Assembly: GCA_030691635.1 (NCBI GenBank)
Contig: JAUYEF010000221.1
Span: 13,929-77,928, forward strand
DNA from: Bacillota bacterium
Lineage (GTDB): Bacteria; Bacillota; Sulfobacillia; JAUYEF01
Length of the DNA: 64,000 nucleotides
Reading direction: 5' to 3'
The stretch's first letter is position 1; each line of letters begins with the position of its first letter. Shown piece by piece: positions 27,970 to 37,656 of this stretch. The notes under the pieces are model-generated. The model did not search any database. It was given only the letters and a program-made list of their open reading frames with translations, and was not told the origin of the DNA. The position numbers were made by a program, and so were the translations under genes.

Positions 27970-28374
27970 CTATCCTCTACCGATCTCGAGAGCTTTGGAA
28001 GCAAGCGCCTTCGCCGTGCTCACCAGGGTGGCGTTGGCCTCGTATGCCCTCATAGCGGTGATGAGGTCCACCATCTCTCTGACCGGTTCGACATTGGGAA
28101 ACATCACGTAGCCGTCGCTGCCGGCGTCAGGATGCCCAGGGTCGTGGACTCTTTTCAGCGGCGACTGGTCATCTCTCACGGCCACGACTCTGACCCCCTT
28201 TGGACCGTCCGCGCCGGTATCCTCGGCGAAGACCGGCATCTTCCGCCGGTAGGGCCCGCCGGCCTCAGTCCTTGTGCTGTTCGCGTTGGCTATGTTTGAG
28301 GCGATGATATCCATCCTCAGCCTTTCGGCCGTCATTCCCGAGGCGCCCGCATCCATCGTCCGGAACACGCGCAC
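27970..28374 (-). CDS. flgC: flagellar basal-body rod protein FlgC
   Basis: 134-aa ORF with SGMTAERLRMDIIASNIANANSTR and a YPNV-like motif (MFPNVEPVREMVDLITAMRAYEAN). Confidence 0.9.
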   Translation of the reverse strand: MRVFRTMDAGASGMTAERLRMDIIASNIANANSTRTEAGGPYRRKMPVFAEDTGADGPKGVRVVAVRDDQSPLKRVHDPGHPDAGSDGYVMFPNVEPVREMVDLITAMRAYEANATLVSTAKALASKALEIGRG

Positions 28375-28376
28375 GT

Positions 28377-28766
28377 CTACCGCCTCCCTTCAGTTATCGC
28401 CAGGCGCAGTCTCTGGAACTTGTCGCTCAACTGGCGGGAGAGCGCGGCGAAGTACACAGAGTTTTCGGCGGCCTGGACCATCTCATACTCGATGTCCACG
28501 CTGTTGCCGTCTGTGCGGGCGCTGGAGTTCTGGCGCACAAGCCCCGGCTCGCCCTCGACCGCCCGGGGAGCCATGTGCCTTTCGTGAGTACCCGCAAGCG
28601 TGCGCCGGGAACGCATCGCATCGCACAGCGCTGTGGCGAACTCCACGTCGAGCCGTTTGTAGTTGGGCGTGTTGGCGTTCGCGACATTGTGCGAGAGCGC
28701 CCAGGACCTCAGAGAGGATGCGTCTAAGGCCTGTTCCAACAGGCTGAAGGCCGAGCCTTGCGGCAT
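28377..28766 (-). CDS. flgB: flagellar basal-body rod protein FlgB
   Basis: LSHNVANANTPNYKRLDVEF rod-protein signature. Start set at ATG 28766 (GGGAGGG 8 nt upstream). The 11 upstream codons of the track ORF overlap the terminator-like hairpin. Confidence 0.88.
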   Translation of the reverse strand: MPQGSAFSLLEQALDASSLRSWALSHNVANANTPNYKRLDVEFATALCDAMRSRRTLAGTHERHMAPRAVEGEPGLVRQNSSARTDGNSVDIEYEMVQAAENSVYFAALSRQLSDKFQRLRLAITEGRR

Positions 28767-28785
28767 CTTCGGTTCCCTCCCAGAC

Positions 28786-28819
28786 AAAAAGCCCTCCATC
28801 CGATTAAGGAAAAAGGGCT
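28786..28819 (-). terminator. terminator-like hairpin of the flgB riboswitch expression platform
   Basis: The minus-strand RNA reads AGCCCUUUUUCC-UUAAUC-GGAUGGAGGGCU. That is 12 stem positions: 11 pairs (two of them G.U) and one mismatch. It is followed by a U-run (UUUUG). It lies between the aptamer and the flgB Shine-Dalgarno. Confidence 0.55.
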
Positions 28820-28825
28820 CACAAA

Positions 28826-28925
28826 GCGTGCTGGTCCTTCGGCAACCCGGCGGTCATGGCCATCTGGCTTTAGACCCGTAGCTTTGCGTCCCCACCTTTC
28901 GGTGGGTTTGCCCTTTCGATAACCC
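28826..28925 (-). promoter_or_regulatory. c-di-GMP-I (GEMM-I) riboswitch aptamer in the flgB leader
   Basis: The minus-strand RNA reads CGAAAGGGCAAACCCACCGAAAGGUGGGGACGCAAAGCUACGGGUCUAAAGCCAGAUGGCCAUGACCGCCGGGUUGCCGAAGG. It contains the GEMM-I hallmarks: GCAAA, a GAAA-capped hairpin, GACGCAAAGC, and CGGG...GCCGGGUUGCCG. The core is 37/41 identical to the second copy at 48.19 kb, with an A-U to G-C covariation in the GAAA hairpin stem. Confidence 0.85.
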
Positions 28926-29027
28926 CGGTATGGTCTTTGGAATGCGGAGGTATGTTTCTACATCAGTCTGATAACTCCTTCTCACGGATAAAGATTTTCT
29001 TACGTTTCTGAGCCATCTAGGCGCGCC

Positions 29028-29060
29028 AACACAGAAGGCGGCGCTTTTGACGCCGCCTTC
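29028..29060 (-). terminator. intrinsic terminator candidate downstream of codY
   Basis: The minus-strand RNA reads GAAGGCGGCG-UCAAAAG-CGCCGCCUUC (10-bp stem) followed by UGUGUU, about 33 nt after the codY stop. Confidence 0.55.
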
Positions 29061-29093
29061 CGCTATTCACAACCTCTGTCTATGAGCCGGCCG

Positions 29094-29873
29094 TCACCTC
29101 AACTTCTTTAGTTCCTCGACCAGCCTGTCGTTCAGCACTTTGATGTAAGTGCCTTTCATTCCCAACGAGCGCGATTCCACAACGCCCGCGCTTTCGAACT
29201 TCCTCAGCGCATTCACGATGACCGACCTGGTGATGCCGACCCGGTCCGCGATCTTGCTCGCAACCAGGAAACCCTCATGGCCTTCGAGCTCATCGAAAAT
29301 GTGCTGCACGGCTTCCAGTTCCGAGTAGGACAGTGTGCCTATGGCCACCTGGACTGAGGCCTTCTTCCTCGCCTCTTCCTCAACCCTTTCGGTCTTCGAC
29401 CTGAGGATCTCGGTGCCCACCACGGTGGCGCCGTACTCGGCGAGCACTAGGTCTTCGTCGTCGAAGTCGCCGTGGTACTTGGCTAAGAGCAGCGTGCCCA
29501 GCCTTTCGCCGCCGCCGATGACCGGCACTATGGTCGTGACCTTTGCCTCATACCCGCAATCGAGACCTTTGTCAAAGAGACACTTCTGCTCGTCTCTCTT
29601 GATGTTGGTAGATGTCTCGTCGATTTTGAGCAGGCGGTCGTTGTAGTCGCTAGGGAACGACTCGGCCTTGAGCACCTGGTCCTGCATTACTCCGCACTCG
29701 AACTCGTCCAGGAGCGCGTGCCCGAGGATCTTGCCCCTGCGCGACAATATATAGACGTTGGCGTTGACGAGTTCGCTCAGCGCTTTGGCCATCTCCTTGA
29801 AGTTCACAGGCCGTCCCGCCGATCTCTGAAGCAATTTATTGATGCGACGTGTTTTTTCGAGTAGGCTTTCCAT
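29094..29873 (-). CDS. codY: GTP/BCAA-sensing global transcriptional regulator CodY
   Basis: 259-aa ORF starting [18 protein letters not shown], with a GAF-like N-domain and a C-terminal wHTH ([44 protein letters not shown]). Confidence 0.95.
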   Translation of the reverse strand: MESLLEKTRRINKLLQRSAGRPVNFKEMAKALSELVNANVYILSRRGKILGHALLDEFECGVMQDQVLKAESFPSDYNDRLLKIDETSTNIKRDEQKCLFDKGLDCGYEAKVTTIVPVIGGGERLGTLLLAKYHGDFDDEDLVLAEYGATVVGTEILRSKTERVEEEARKKASVQVAIGTLSYSELEAVQHIFDELEGHEGFLVASKIADRVGITRSVIVNALRKFESAGVVESRSLGMKGTYIKVLNDRLVEELKKLR

Positions 29874-29927
29874 GGTCCAGTGTCTCCTTTCTCCTTCTGT
29901 TACTACTAGCGCTCCCCCACACCAAGG

Positions 29928-31328
29928 CTACAGTATATACCTGGACAAGTCGATATTGTCGATAATGTCTCCTAGCCTTGAGCGCACATATGCGCTGTCT
30001 ACCGCCACGGTTTTCTGGGCGCCTTCCGGCGCGTCGAAGGCGACCTCTTCCAGGATCTTCTCAAGCACAGTGTGGAGCCGCCGGGCGCCGATGTTCTCCG
30101 TCTGCTGGTTGACCTTGTCGGCTAACTCCGCGATGGCATCCAGGCCGTCGTCCGTGAACAATACTTCGACCCCTTCTGTTGACAGCAACGCCGTATACTG
30201 CTTTGTTAGTGAGTTCTGTGGCTCAACCAGTATCCTGCGGAAATCCTCCTTCCCCAGCGGCTCAAACTCCACCCGGATCGGAAACCGGCCCTGAAGCTCA
30301 GGTATCAGATCGGATGGTTTCGAAACATGGAACGCTCCTGCCGCTATGAACAGTATGTGGTCCGTCTTGACCGGACCGTGCTTCGTCATCACCGTGGATC
30401 CTTCGATGATCGGGAGTATATCTCGCTGGACGCCTTCGCGCGACACGTCGGGGCCGTAGCCACCCTCGCGCCCTGCGATCTTGTCGATCTCATCAATGAA
30501 TATGATGCCATTTTCTTCCGCTTGCTTGATCGCCATGCTCGACACAGCGTCTGGGTCGATCAATTTCTGAGCTTCCTCGGCAAATAGAATCTTTCTGGCT
30601 TCCGACAGAATAACCTTACGTATTTTCTTTTTCTTAGGCAATAATCCTCCCAGTGCGTCTTGGATGTTTATTCCCATTTCCTGAACGTTGGACCCGTCGA
30701 AAATCTCTAGCATGGGCACTGCTGAGTCTTCGATCTCTATCTCCACGACCGCGGCTTCCAGCTCCCCCGCCTCAAAGCGCCTCTTCGTGATCCTGCGTTC
30801 GGCCGCTGCAAGACGCATTCTCTCTTCGAACTTCTCCACATCCTCCTGGTCCTGCCGCTGCGGGCCGCCGAACAGCATCTCAAACGGGTTCCTCGTGGCG
30901 GCATCACGCTTCGGCAACGGGCTGAGGCAATCGAGCAGGCGTTCCTGCACCTGCGCCTGGGCCGCTATGCGCACCTCTTCCGTCTTCTCAGTCTTCACCA
31001 TCCGGATGGCTGTGTCGACCAGGTCTCTGACCATCGAATCCACATCTCTGCCCACGTAGCCAACCTCGGTGAACTTGGTGGCCTCGACCTTCACGAACGG
31101 GGCCGAGACCAGTTTCGCCAGCCTCCTCGCGACCTCGGTCTTCCCGACGCCGGTGGGACCTATCATCAGGATGTTCTTGGGAGTCACCTCATCCCGCATG
31201 GCGGCGTCGAGCTGCATGCGCCGGTGCCTGTTGCGCAGCGCGACGGCGACCGCCCGTTTGGCCTTGCCCTGCCCTATGATGTACTTGTCCAGCGCCTTCA
31301 CAATCTCCCGGGGTGTGAGGTCGTCCAC
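29928..31328 (-). CDS. hslU: ATP-dependent protease ATPase subunit HslU
   Basis: 466-aa ORF with [31 protein letters not shown], Walker [16 protein letters not shown], and IFIDEIDKI. Confidence 0.95.
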   Translation of the reverse strand: MDDLTPREIVKALDKYIIGQGKAKRAVAVALRNRHRRMQLDAAMRDEVTPKNILMIGPTGVGKTEVARRLAKLVSAPFVKVEATKFTEVGYVGRDVDSMVRDLVDTAIRMVKTEKTEEVRIAAQAQVQERLLDCLSPLPKRDAATRNPFEMLFGGPQRQDQEDVEKFEERMRLAAAERRITKRRFEAGELEAAVVEIEIEDSAVPMLEIFDGSNVQEMGINIQDALGGLLPKKKKIRKVILSEARKILFAEEAQKLIDPDAVSSMAIKQAEENGIIFIDEIDKIAGREGGYGPDVSREGVQRDILPIIEGSTVMTKHGPVKTDHILFIAAGAFHVSKPSDLIPELQGRFPIRVEFEPLGKEDFRRILVEPQNSLTKQYTALLSTEGVEVLFTDDGLDAIAELADKVNQQTENIGARRLHTVLEKILEEVAFDAPEGAQKTVAVDSAYVRSRLGDIIDNIDLSRYIL

Positions 31329-31871
31329 CTATGAGACCTCCTCTACGGTGACCGAGCTGTTCGTGAATATGCAGATCTGCGACGCGATCAGCAACGATTC
31401 CCTGGCTATCTCCGTGGCGTCAAGGCCTGAGTGCGCGAGCAGGGCTTTGGCTGCCGCGAGCGCGTACGGTCCGCCAGACCCGATCGCAACCACGCCATCG
31501 TCGGGCTCGATTACCTCGCCTCCGCCTGAGATCATGAAAAGCGACTGCTTGTCCATAGCGATCAGCATAGCCTCAAGCCTCCGCAGCACTCTGTCTTGCC
31601 GCCAGTCTTTGGCCAGCAACATAGAGGCGCGCTGCAGGCTTCCTCTCGACTCCTCAAGTTTCGACTCAAGCCTGTCGAACAGGGAGAAAGCGTCGGCCAC
31701 AGAGCCGGCGAAGCCCACGATCACTTTCCCCTGGTATATGCGCCTGATCTTCTTTGCCGTGCTCTTGATGATGGTATTGCTGGAAGGCACGGTCACCTGG
31801 CCGTCCCCCGCCATGGCAGCCTTGCCGTCCTTGCGCACAGCGATTATGGTCGTTCCCATCATAGCAGGCAT
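31329..31871 (-). CDS. hslV: ATP-dependent protease peptidase subunit HslV
   Basis: 180-aa ORF with N-terminal [22 protein letters not shown] (catalytic Thr). Confidence 0.95.
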   Translation of the reverse strand: MPAMMGTTIIAVRKDGKAAMAGDGQVTVPSSNTIIKSTAKKIRRIYQGKVIVGFAGSVADAFSLFDRLESKLEESRGSLQRASMLLAKDWRQDRVLRRLEAMLIAMDKQSLFMISGGGEVIEPDDGVVAIGSGGPYALAAAKALLAHSGLDATEIARESLLIASQICIFTNSSVTVEEVS

Positions 31872-32845
31872 CAGTCCTCGTCCTCCCGGTTGTCACCCGT
31901 CTTGCCCGACCTGGGGTGAGCTCTGTCATACACCTTTCTCAGGCCCTGCATGGACACGTGGGTGTAGATCTGAGTCGTCGAGATGCTCGCGTGCCCCAGC
32001 ATCTCCTGGACCGACCGCAGGTCGGCGCCTCCATCAAGCAGGTGTGTCGCAAACGAATGCCGCAGCGTGTGCGGCGTGACATGTTGCGGCTGGCCTGACG
32101 CGAGGCCGTACTTGTCCACGATCCGCCTGATGCTGCGCACGCTCAACCTCGTTCCAGAGGTGTTCAGGAAAAGCGCCTTCTCCGAGAGGCGCCGAGTCTT
32201 CGCACGTTTCTGCAAGAGCGCCAGCCGGCCGGTCCCCAGATAGTCCCCAAGTGCCGAGAGCGCCACCGAACCGACCGGGACGAACCGCTCTTTGTTCCCC
32301 TTCCCCACCATCTGCACATAACCGAGCGAGTAGTCGACGTCGGTTATGTCGAGGCTCGAAAGCTCGCTGACACGCAGGCCGCACCCGTACAGCATCTCCA
32401 GCATCGCCCTGTCGCGAAGACCCGCGGGGCTTTTGTCCGACGCCGCCTCCACGAACGAACGGGCCTGTTCCTGGTACAGAAACGCAGGCAACGTGCGTTC
32501 GATCTTCGGCGCGCTGACTTCTCTGGCGGGACTCTTCTGGATGGCATGGACCTTTTCCAGAAACTTATAGAAACTACGCACAGTGGAGTGTTTGCGGGCT
32601 ATGGAGCGCCGTGAGTAACCCTGGTCGGTGAGCGTCTTGAGGTACTGCCTCAGATCGCCGGCGTCAAGCGTCGTCAAGTCCGGGCCATGTCCGGTTTTCT
32701 GCATGATGGCCTGAAACTGCCGGAGGTCAACGGAGTAGCTGTCCAGCGTTCTGGGAGACGCGTGCTTCTCGGCAGCCAGGTATGTGAAGAACTGCTCCAG
32801 GTAGTCTGTTGTTTCAGCAGCGAAAGAGGCCACTAGCAGCGCCAC
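31871..32845 (-). CDS. xerC: tyrosine recombinase XerC (CodV-type)
   Basis: 324-aa ORF with the core-binding domain ([26 protein letters not shown]) and catalytic residues in ...[39 protein letters not shown]. Lies in conserved codV-hslVU-codY synteny. Confidence 0.9.
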   Translation of the reverse strand: MALLVASFAAETTDYLEQFFTYLAAEKHASPRTLDSYSVDLRQFQAIMQKTGHGPDLTTLDAGDLRQYLKTLTDQGYSRRSIARKHSTVRSFYKFLEKVHAIQKSPAREVSAPKIERTLPAFLYQEQARSFVEAASDKSPAGLRDRAMLEMLYGCGLRVSELSSLDITDVDYSLGYVQMVGKGNKERFVPVGSVALSALGDYLGTGRLALLQKRAKTRRLSEKALFLNTSGTRLSVRSIRRIVDKYGLASGQPQHVTPHTLRHSFATHLLDGGADLRSVQEMLGHASISTTQIYTHVSMQGLRKVYDRAHPRSGKTGDNREDED

Positions 32846-32870
32846 CTATGAAATGATAAATAACGTGTAC

Positions 32871-32899
32871 ATAGTATCATATTCGCACAGTTTGTTCAA
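32871..32899 (-). promoter_or_regulatory. sigma-A-type promoter candidate for xerC-hslVU-codY
   Basis: The minus strand reads TTGAAC-17 nt-TACTAT with an extended -10 TG (TGATACTAT). It lies in the only AT-rich gap between trmFO and xerC. Confidence 0.45.
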
Positions 32900-32916
32900 G
32901 GGATCAAATGAGTCAT

Positions 32917-34239
32917 TCACAGAATTCTTTGAACGGCTTCCAGCGCCCTGACTGCCATGATCTCATGGGTCCTGCGTTTCCCGCGCACCCGCGCCTCGAC
33001 CGGCGGAAGCAGACCCCAGTTTGAGTTCATGGGTTGAAGAGGCCCCGTCCTGGGTGTGGCGATGTACCTCACCAGGGCGCCCATCATGGTCTCTGCGGGC
33101 ATGACCAGCGGCTCTTTGCCGAGGGCGATGCGCGCCGCGTTGTGCCCGGCGAGCCAGCCGGTCGCGGTGGATTCGACGTACCCTTCGACACCGCAGAGCT
33201 GTCCCGCAAACAGCACATCCGGCCGCTTCTTCGACTGCATGGAGGGATGTAGAACGCGCGGCGCGTCGAGATAGGTGTTCCGGTGCATCACTCCGTACCG
33301 GAGGAACTCGGCGTTCCGGAGGGCAGGCACGAGCCTGAAGACGCGGTCCTGCTCGCCCCATTTGAGAGACGTCTGGAAGCCGACGATGTTGTACATCCTG
33401 CCGTCGCTGTCATCCTGCCTCAGCTGCACGACCGCATAAGGTCTCTTCCCTGTCCGCGGATCGGTGAGCCCGACCGGTTTCATCGGACCGTACCTGAGCG
33501 TGTCCGTGCCTCGCCTGGCGATTTCCTCCACGGGAAGGCACCCTTCGAAGAAGCCTGTGGGTTCGAAGGCGTGCGGGACCGCCTTCTCGGCCGCCAGCAG
33601 AGATTCACGGAACACAGAATACTGGTCCTCGTCAAGCGGGCAGTTGATATAGTCTCCGCCCTCCGGACCGGTCACGTCTCCTGAGTGCCCGTACCTCGAG
33701 CCGAAGAACGCGTGTTCTTCGTCTATGGAATCCCTGGACACGATGGGGGACGCGGCGTCAAAGAAGTAGAGCGCTTGCTCTCCGGTGAAGCTGGCGATGT
33801 CCTTGGCAAGAGGGGGAGATGTAAGGGGTCCGGTGGCAACGATCACAGGGCCTCCGGTGGCACAGGGGATGCGCGGCGCCTCTTCCCGGACGACGGTCAC
33901 AAGGCTCTGGCTGGAGATCTTCTCGGTGATTTCGCGCGCGAATGCCCAGCGGTCGACTGCCAGCGCGCCGCCTGCAGGGAGATGCGACCTGTCGGCGGAC
34001 GCGAGCACCACGCTGCCCAGCACGCGCAGCTCCTCCTTGAGCAGCCCCGAAGCGTTCTTTACTGAGCTGGAGCCGAGCGAGTTGCTGCAGACGAGTTCCG
34101 CGAAGTCCCCTGAATGATGCGCGGGTGTCATCACTCCGGGGCGCATCTCATAGAGGTCTACTCTCACTCCGGCAACGCATACCTGCCAGCACGCCTCACA
34201 GCCGGCAAGTCCCGCGCCGAGTATGGTGACCTTGCTCAC
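32917..34239 (-). CDS. trmFO: methylenetetrahydrofolate--tRNA-(uracil-5-)-methyltransferase TrmFO (Gid)
   Basis: 440-aa ORF with the FAD fold VTILGAGLAGCEA, NSLGS, and GQLCGVEGYVESTATG. Confidence 0.93.
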   Translation of the reverse strand: MSKVTILGAGLAGCEACWQVCVAGVRVDLYEMRPGVMTPAHHSGDFAELVCSNSLGSSSVKNASGLLKEELRVLGSVVLASADRSHLPAGGALAVDRWAFAREITEKISSQSLVTVVREEAPRIPCATGGPVIVATGPLTSPPLAKDIASFTGEQALYFFDAASPIVSRDSIDEEHAFFGSRYGHSGDVTGPEGGDYINCPLDEDQYSVFRESLLAAEKAVPHAFEPTGFFEGCLPVEEIARRGTDTLRYGPMKPVGLTDPRTGKRPYAVVQLRQDDSDGRMYNIVGFQTSLKWGEQDRVFRLVPALRNAEFLRYGVMHRNTYLDAPRVLHPSMQSKKRPDVLFAGQLCGVEGYVESTATGWLAGHNAARIALGKEPLVMPAETMMGALVRYIATPRTGPLQPMNSNWGLLPPVEARVRGKRRTHEIMAVRALEAVQRIL

Positions 34240-34242
34240 TGG

Positions 34243-36360
34243 CTATTCCTCACCCTCAACCCTTGCCTCTCCCGGTTCGTCCCTGTAGCCGCACTCTTTG
34301 TTGGAGCACGCAATGTGCGTCCTGCCTCTGGCGCGTTTTTCGACAAGGAGAGAGCCGCATTCAGGGCACGCCTGCGCGAGCGGCCTGTCCCAAGAGATGA
34401 AGTTACAGGCAGGGTAGTTGCTGCAGCCGTAGAAGGTCCGGCCCTTCTTGGTTTTCCTGACGACAAGAGCTCCCCCGCACTGGGGGCACGCGACATCCAG
34501 CTCTTGCACGATCGGCCTGGTGTTCCGGCATTCGGGGAAACCAGGGCATGCCAGGAACTCCCCGTAGCGCCCGTGTTTCTTCACCATGAAGCGGCCGCAC
34601 TTGTCGCACTTTACTTCCGTGGGCTCATCCTTTATCTCGAAGCCCCCGATCCGTTCCTCCGCGACCTTCAAGAGTCGTGAGAAGTTCGCGTAGAAGCCCG
34701 CGATGACATCGCGCCATTCGGCCTCGCCGGCCTCGATCTTGTCGAGCTGCTGTTCCATCTGGGCCGTGAACTCCACGTCAACCACGTAGGGGAAGTACTC
34801 GCTGAGGATCTGGGTCACGACATTTCCCAGGTCGGTCGGCATGAAGCGCCGGTCCTGCTTCATCACATACCGGCGCGCCGCGAGGGTCTCCACTATGGGA
34901 GCGTATGTGCTCGGCCTTCCGATGCCCCTCTCCTCCAGAGCTTTGACCAGCATCGCCTCGGTGAACCTGGAAGGCGGCTGCGTGAAGTGCTGGCGCGGCT
35001 CGATCGCCATGACCAAAAGCTCATCGCCCTCCTCCACCGGAGGTAGAGCCCCTTCAGCATCCTCCTTGCTCTCCTCATCCACGCCTTCCTTATAGATGAC
35101 CAGGTGCCCCGGGAACTTGAGCACGGAACCTGTGGCCCGCAGCCTGGACTCTCCAGCCACTATGTCGACCGTCATCGCATTGTAGACCGCCGCCTGAATG
35201 TTGCTGGCCACAAACCGCTCCCATATCAGACGGTAGAGCCTGTGCTGGTCGGGTGTCAAGTACTGCTTCACGGACTCCGGCTCTCTGGGCACAGACGTCG
35301 GCCTGATGGCCTCATGAGCGCCCTGCTGGCCCGGGCGCTTTTCGTCCTGCCGCTGTTCCGCCGATGCATACTCGCTTCCGTACCGGCCGGTGATGAATGT
35401 CAGCGCCTCTTGCCTGGCTTCTTCGGCTATGCGGACGGAGTCCGTCCTGATGTATGTCACGAGGCCGGCCTGGCCTCCAGGCCCGAGGTCGACGCCTTCA
35501 TACAGCTGCTGGGCTACGCTCATGGTCCGCCGTACACCGAAGCCGAGACTCCGCGACGCTTCCTGCTGCAGAGTGCTGGTCGTGAACGGCGGCGCGGGCG
35601 CCCTGCGCCTCTCACGCACCTTCACGCCGGAAGCCACAAACCGCTTCTTCTCAAGGGCCGAAGCTATGTCTCTGGCCTCCTGCCCTGTAGCAACCTCGGC
35701 GTGGTCACCGTTTGTGCCCACGAACCTGGCCTCGAAAACCGTGTCTTCCTTGACCGGACGGACCCTGGCGGTGATCGTCCAGTATTCTCTCGAAACAAAA
35801 CCCTGGATCTCAGCCTCTCGATCGACAACCATCTTCAGAGCAGCGGACTGCACGCGGCCTGCGGAGAGACCTGGCCGGACTTTCTTCCAGAGCAACGGGC
35901 TGAGGTTATAGCCGACCAGCCTGTCCAGCACTCTTCTCGCCTGTTGGGAGTCCACGACGCGCTCGTCGATCGGCCGCGCCGCTTTCAGAGCTTTGGACAC
36001 AGCGTCCTTCGTGATCTCGTGGAATTCCACCCTGCACTTCGAGCGGTCGTCGATCTCGAGAGAGGCGGCGAGATGCCATGAGATCGCCTCCCCCTCACGG
36101 TCAGGGTCGGTCGCCAGCAAGACCCGGGAGGCTTTGGACTTGGCCTTTCTCAGCTCCTTCAGGATCTCCCCTTTGCCCCGGATGGTGATGTACTTGGGTT
36201 TGAAACCCTCTTCCACATCCACACCCAGCTGGCTCCGGGGCAAGTCCCGCACGTGCCCCAGGGACGCCTTGACCAGAAAGCGCCTGCCCAAGAACTTCTC
36301 TATGGTCTTTGCCTTCGCGGGTGACTCGACTATGATGAGTGGTTTCGGATTTGCCGTCAA
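34243..36360 (-). CDS. topA: DNA topoisomerase I
   Basis: 705-aa ORF with the TOPRIM start LIIVESPAKAKTIEKFLG, the active-site region LVTYIRTDS, and C-terminal Cys4 zinc ribbons (CDKCGRFMV...CPGFPEC, CPQCGGALV, CPECGSLLV). Confidence 0.95.
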   Translation of the reverse strand: MTANPKPLIIVESPAKAKTIEKFLGRRFLVKASLGHVRDLPRSQLGVDVEEGFKPKYITIRGKGEILKELRKAKSKASRVLLATDPDREGEAISWHLAASLEIDDRSKCRVEFHEITKDAVSKALKAARPIDERVVDSQQARRVLDRLVGYNLSPLLWKKVRPGLSAGRVQSAALKMVVDREAEIQGFVSREYWTITARVRPVKEDTVFEARFVGTNGDHAEVATGQEARDIASALEKKRFVASGVKVRERRRAPAPPFTTSTLQQEASRSLGFGVRRTMSVAQQLYEGVDLGPGGQAGLVTYIRTDSVRIAEEARQEALTFITGRYGSEYASAEQRQDEKRPGQQGAHEAIRPTSVPREPESVKQYLTPDQHRLYRLIWERFVASNIQAAVYNAMTVDIVAGESRLRATGSVLKFPGHLVIYKEGVDEESKEDAEGALPPVEEGDELLVMAIEPRQHFTQPPSRFTEAMLVKALEERGIGRPSTYAPIVETLAARRYVMKQDRRFMPTDLGNVVTQILSEYFPYVVDVEFTAQMEQQLDKIEAGEAEWRDVIAGFYANFSRLLKVAEERIGGFEIKDEPTEVKCDKCGRFMVKKHGRYGEFLACPGFPECRNTRPIVQELDVACPQCGGALVVRKTKKGRTFYGCSNYPACNFISWDRPLAQACPECGSLLVEKRARGRTHIACSNKECGYRDEPGEARVEGEE

Positions 36361-36420
36361 ACGCTCGCCCCCGGAATGTCAGAATCCTTCATATTATGTA
36401 TCTCAGCCAGGCGATCCAGA

Positions 36421-37656
36421 TCAGACAACCTCGTACGAGCCGTCCGTAAGGCGCCTGGCCAGCCCTCTTATCTCCAGCATTCCCAACGCTCTCGCGCATT
36501 CTACCGGATCGATTCCCGCCTGGGCCACGATTTCGTCGAAACCGCTGCTGCCCTGCCTCAGGGCTCCGAACACGCGCGCTTCAGCATCGCCTGTGCCGCC
36601 AACCTGGACCTGGAGTTGCATCTGCCCGCCCGCTGTACGGTGGGACGCAAGGCCGGCGGCCTCCAGCACGTCCGAGGCCCGGGTGACGACGGCGGCGCCA
36701 TCTTTGATGAGCTGGTGGCACCCTTCACTCGTCAGCGCGAATATGCTTCCAGGCACCGCGAGCACCTCACGGCCCTGCTCAAGCGCGAATTCCGCCGTGA
36801 TCAGCGCTCCGCTGCGGGCCGGCGCCTCCACGATGACCACGGCATCGCTGAGGCCGCTTATGATGCGGTTCCGGGCCGGGAAATGCTCGGCGCACGGCCT
36901 GGTGCCCGGGTTGTACTCGCTGACCACCGCCCCACCTGAGGCGAGAATGGCATCTCTGAGCAAATCGCGCTCGCTCCCGAGGGATACATCCAGCCCACAG
37001 GCAAGTACCGCGAGAGTGCGCCCCCGCAACTTCACCACTGCCTCGTGCGCCGCGCCGTCAATGCCATGTGCCATGCCGCTCACGACTTCGATTCCGCACT
37101 GCGCCAGGTCCCTGCACAGGTCCCTGGCGACTCTGCGGCCGTAGCTGCTCGCCCGTCGGGTCCCGATGACCGCGACCCTCCTGGCGCTCGGCGCAACGTC
37201 GCCCTTGGTCCACAGCACCGGCGGCGGATCCGGTATCTCGCGCAGCCGGCACGGGTAGCGGCCGTTCTCAAAGCACACGGCCTCCATGCCCTGTGCTCGC
37301 GCAGATGCGAGCAGCCGTTCGATACGTAATGTTACACTAGCGTTGTTCCGTGAGTCAACGATGCGGCCTGCCAGGCCTGGGCACGAACGAGCCCAGAAGG
37401 CGAGATCACGCTGCGGGGCCGACCATGCGGCCGCGGCGCTCCCGAAGCGTGCGACGAGCGAGCGAAAGCGCCTGGGGCCTATACCCGGGACTGAGGCCAG
37501 CGCAAGCGAAACCACTTCAGAATCCACAGTACACCTTCTCCTCAGCGCCTCCTCCGCAAAACCAAAGGGCGGGCTCCTTCGCCCACCCTTCACGACCATG
37601 CAAGCAAACCGGATATCGTGGATGATCCTAGCGGCCGCCGGGCTTCGGCGTCCCAC
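36421..37656 (-). CDS. dprA: DNA-processing protein DprA (Smf)
   Basis: SAM-like N-terminus (LALASVPGIGPRRFRSLVARFGS), a Rossmann-like core (VAVIGTRRASSYG...VVSGMAHGIDGAAH) and a C-terminal wHTH. The track start (37656) overlaps the upstream gene by 29 nt; the true start may be internal (for example ATG 37599). Confidence 0.85.
   Translation of the reverse strand: MGRRSPAAARIIHDIRFACMVVKGGRRSPPFGFAEEALRRRCTVDSEVVSLALASVPGIGPRRFRSLVARFGSAAAAWSAPQRDLAFWARSCPGLAGRIVDSRNNASVTLRIERLLASARAQGMEAVCFENGRYPCRLREIPDPPPVLWTKGDVAPSARRVAVIGTRRASSYGRRVARDLCRDLAQCGIEVVSGMAHGIDGAAHEAVVKLRGRTLAVLACGLDVSLGSERDLLRDAILASGGAVVSEYNPGTRPCAEHFPARNRIISGLSDAVVIVEAPARSGALITAEFALEQGREVLAVPGSIFALTSEGCHQLIKDGAAVVTRASDVLEAAGLASHRTAGGQMQLQVQVGGTGDAEARVFGALRQGSSGFDEIVAQAGIDPVECARALGMLEIRGLARRLTDGSYEVV

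Noticed and set aside
28985-29005. Possible CodY box in the flgB upstream region (GTAAGAAAATCTT on the minus strand)
   Set aside because: Only the GAAAAT half of the AATTTTCWGAAAATT consensus is present, which is not enough to call a site.
28963-29016. 17-codon AT-rich mini-ORF (MAQKRKKIFIREKELSD) between the codY terminator and the flgB riboswitch
   Set aside because: It has no Shine-Dalgarno sequence and lies in the AT-rich stretch that most likely holds the flagellar promoter. It is too short to judge, so it is treated as chance. I also could not identify a convincing -35/-10 pair here.
31871-32845. Tyrosine recombinase, considered as the integrase of a mobile element
   Set aside because: It sits in the conserved trmFO-xerC(codV)-hslVU-codY housekeeping synteny. 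It has no flanking att-like repeats, tRNA or phage/IS genes, so it was called chromosomal XerC.
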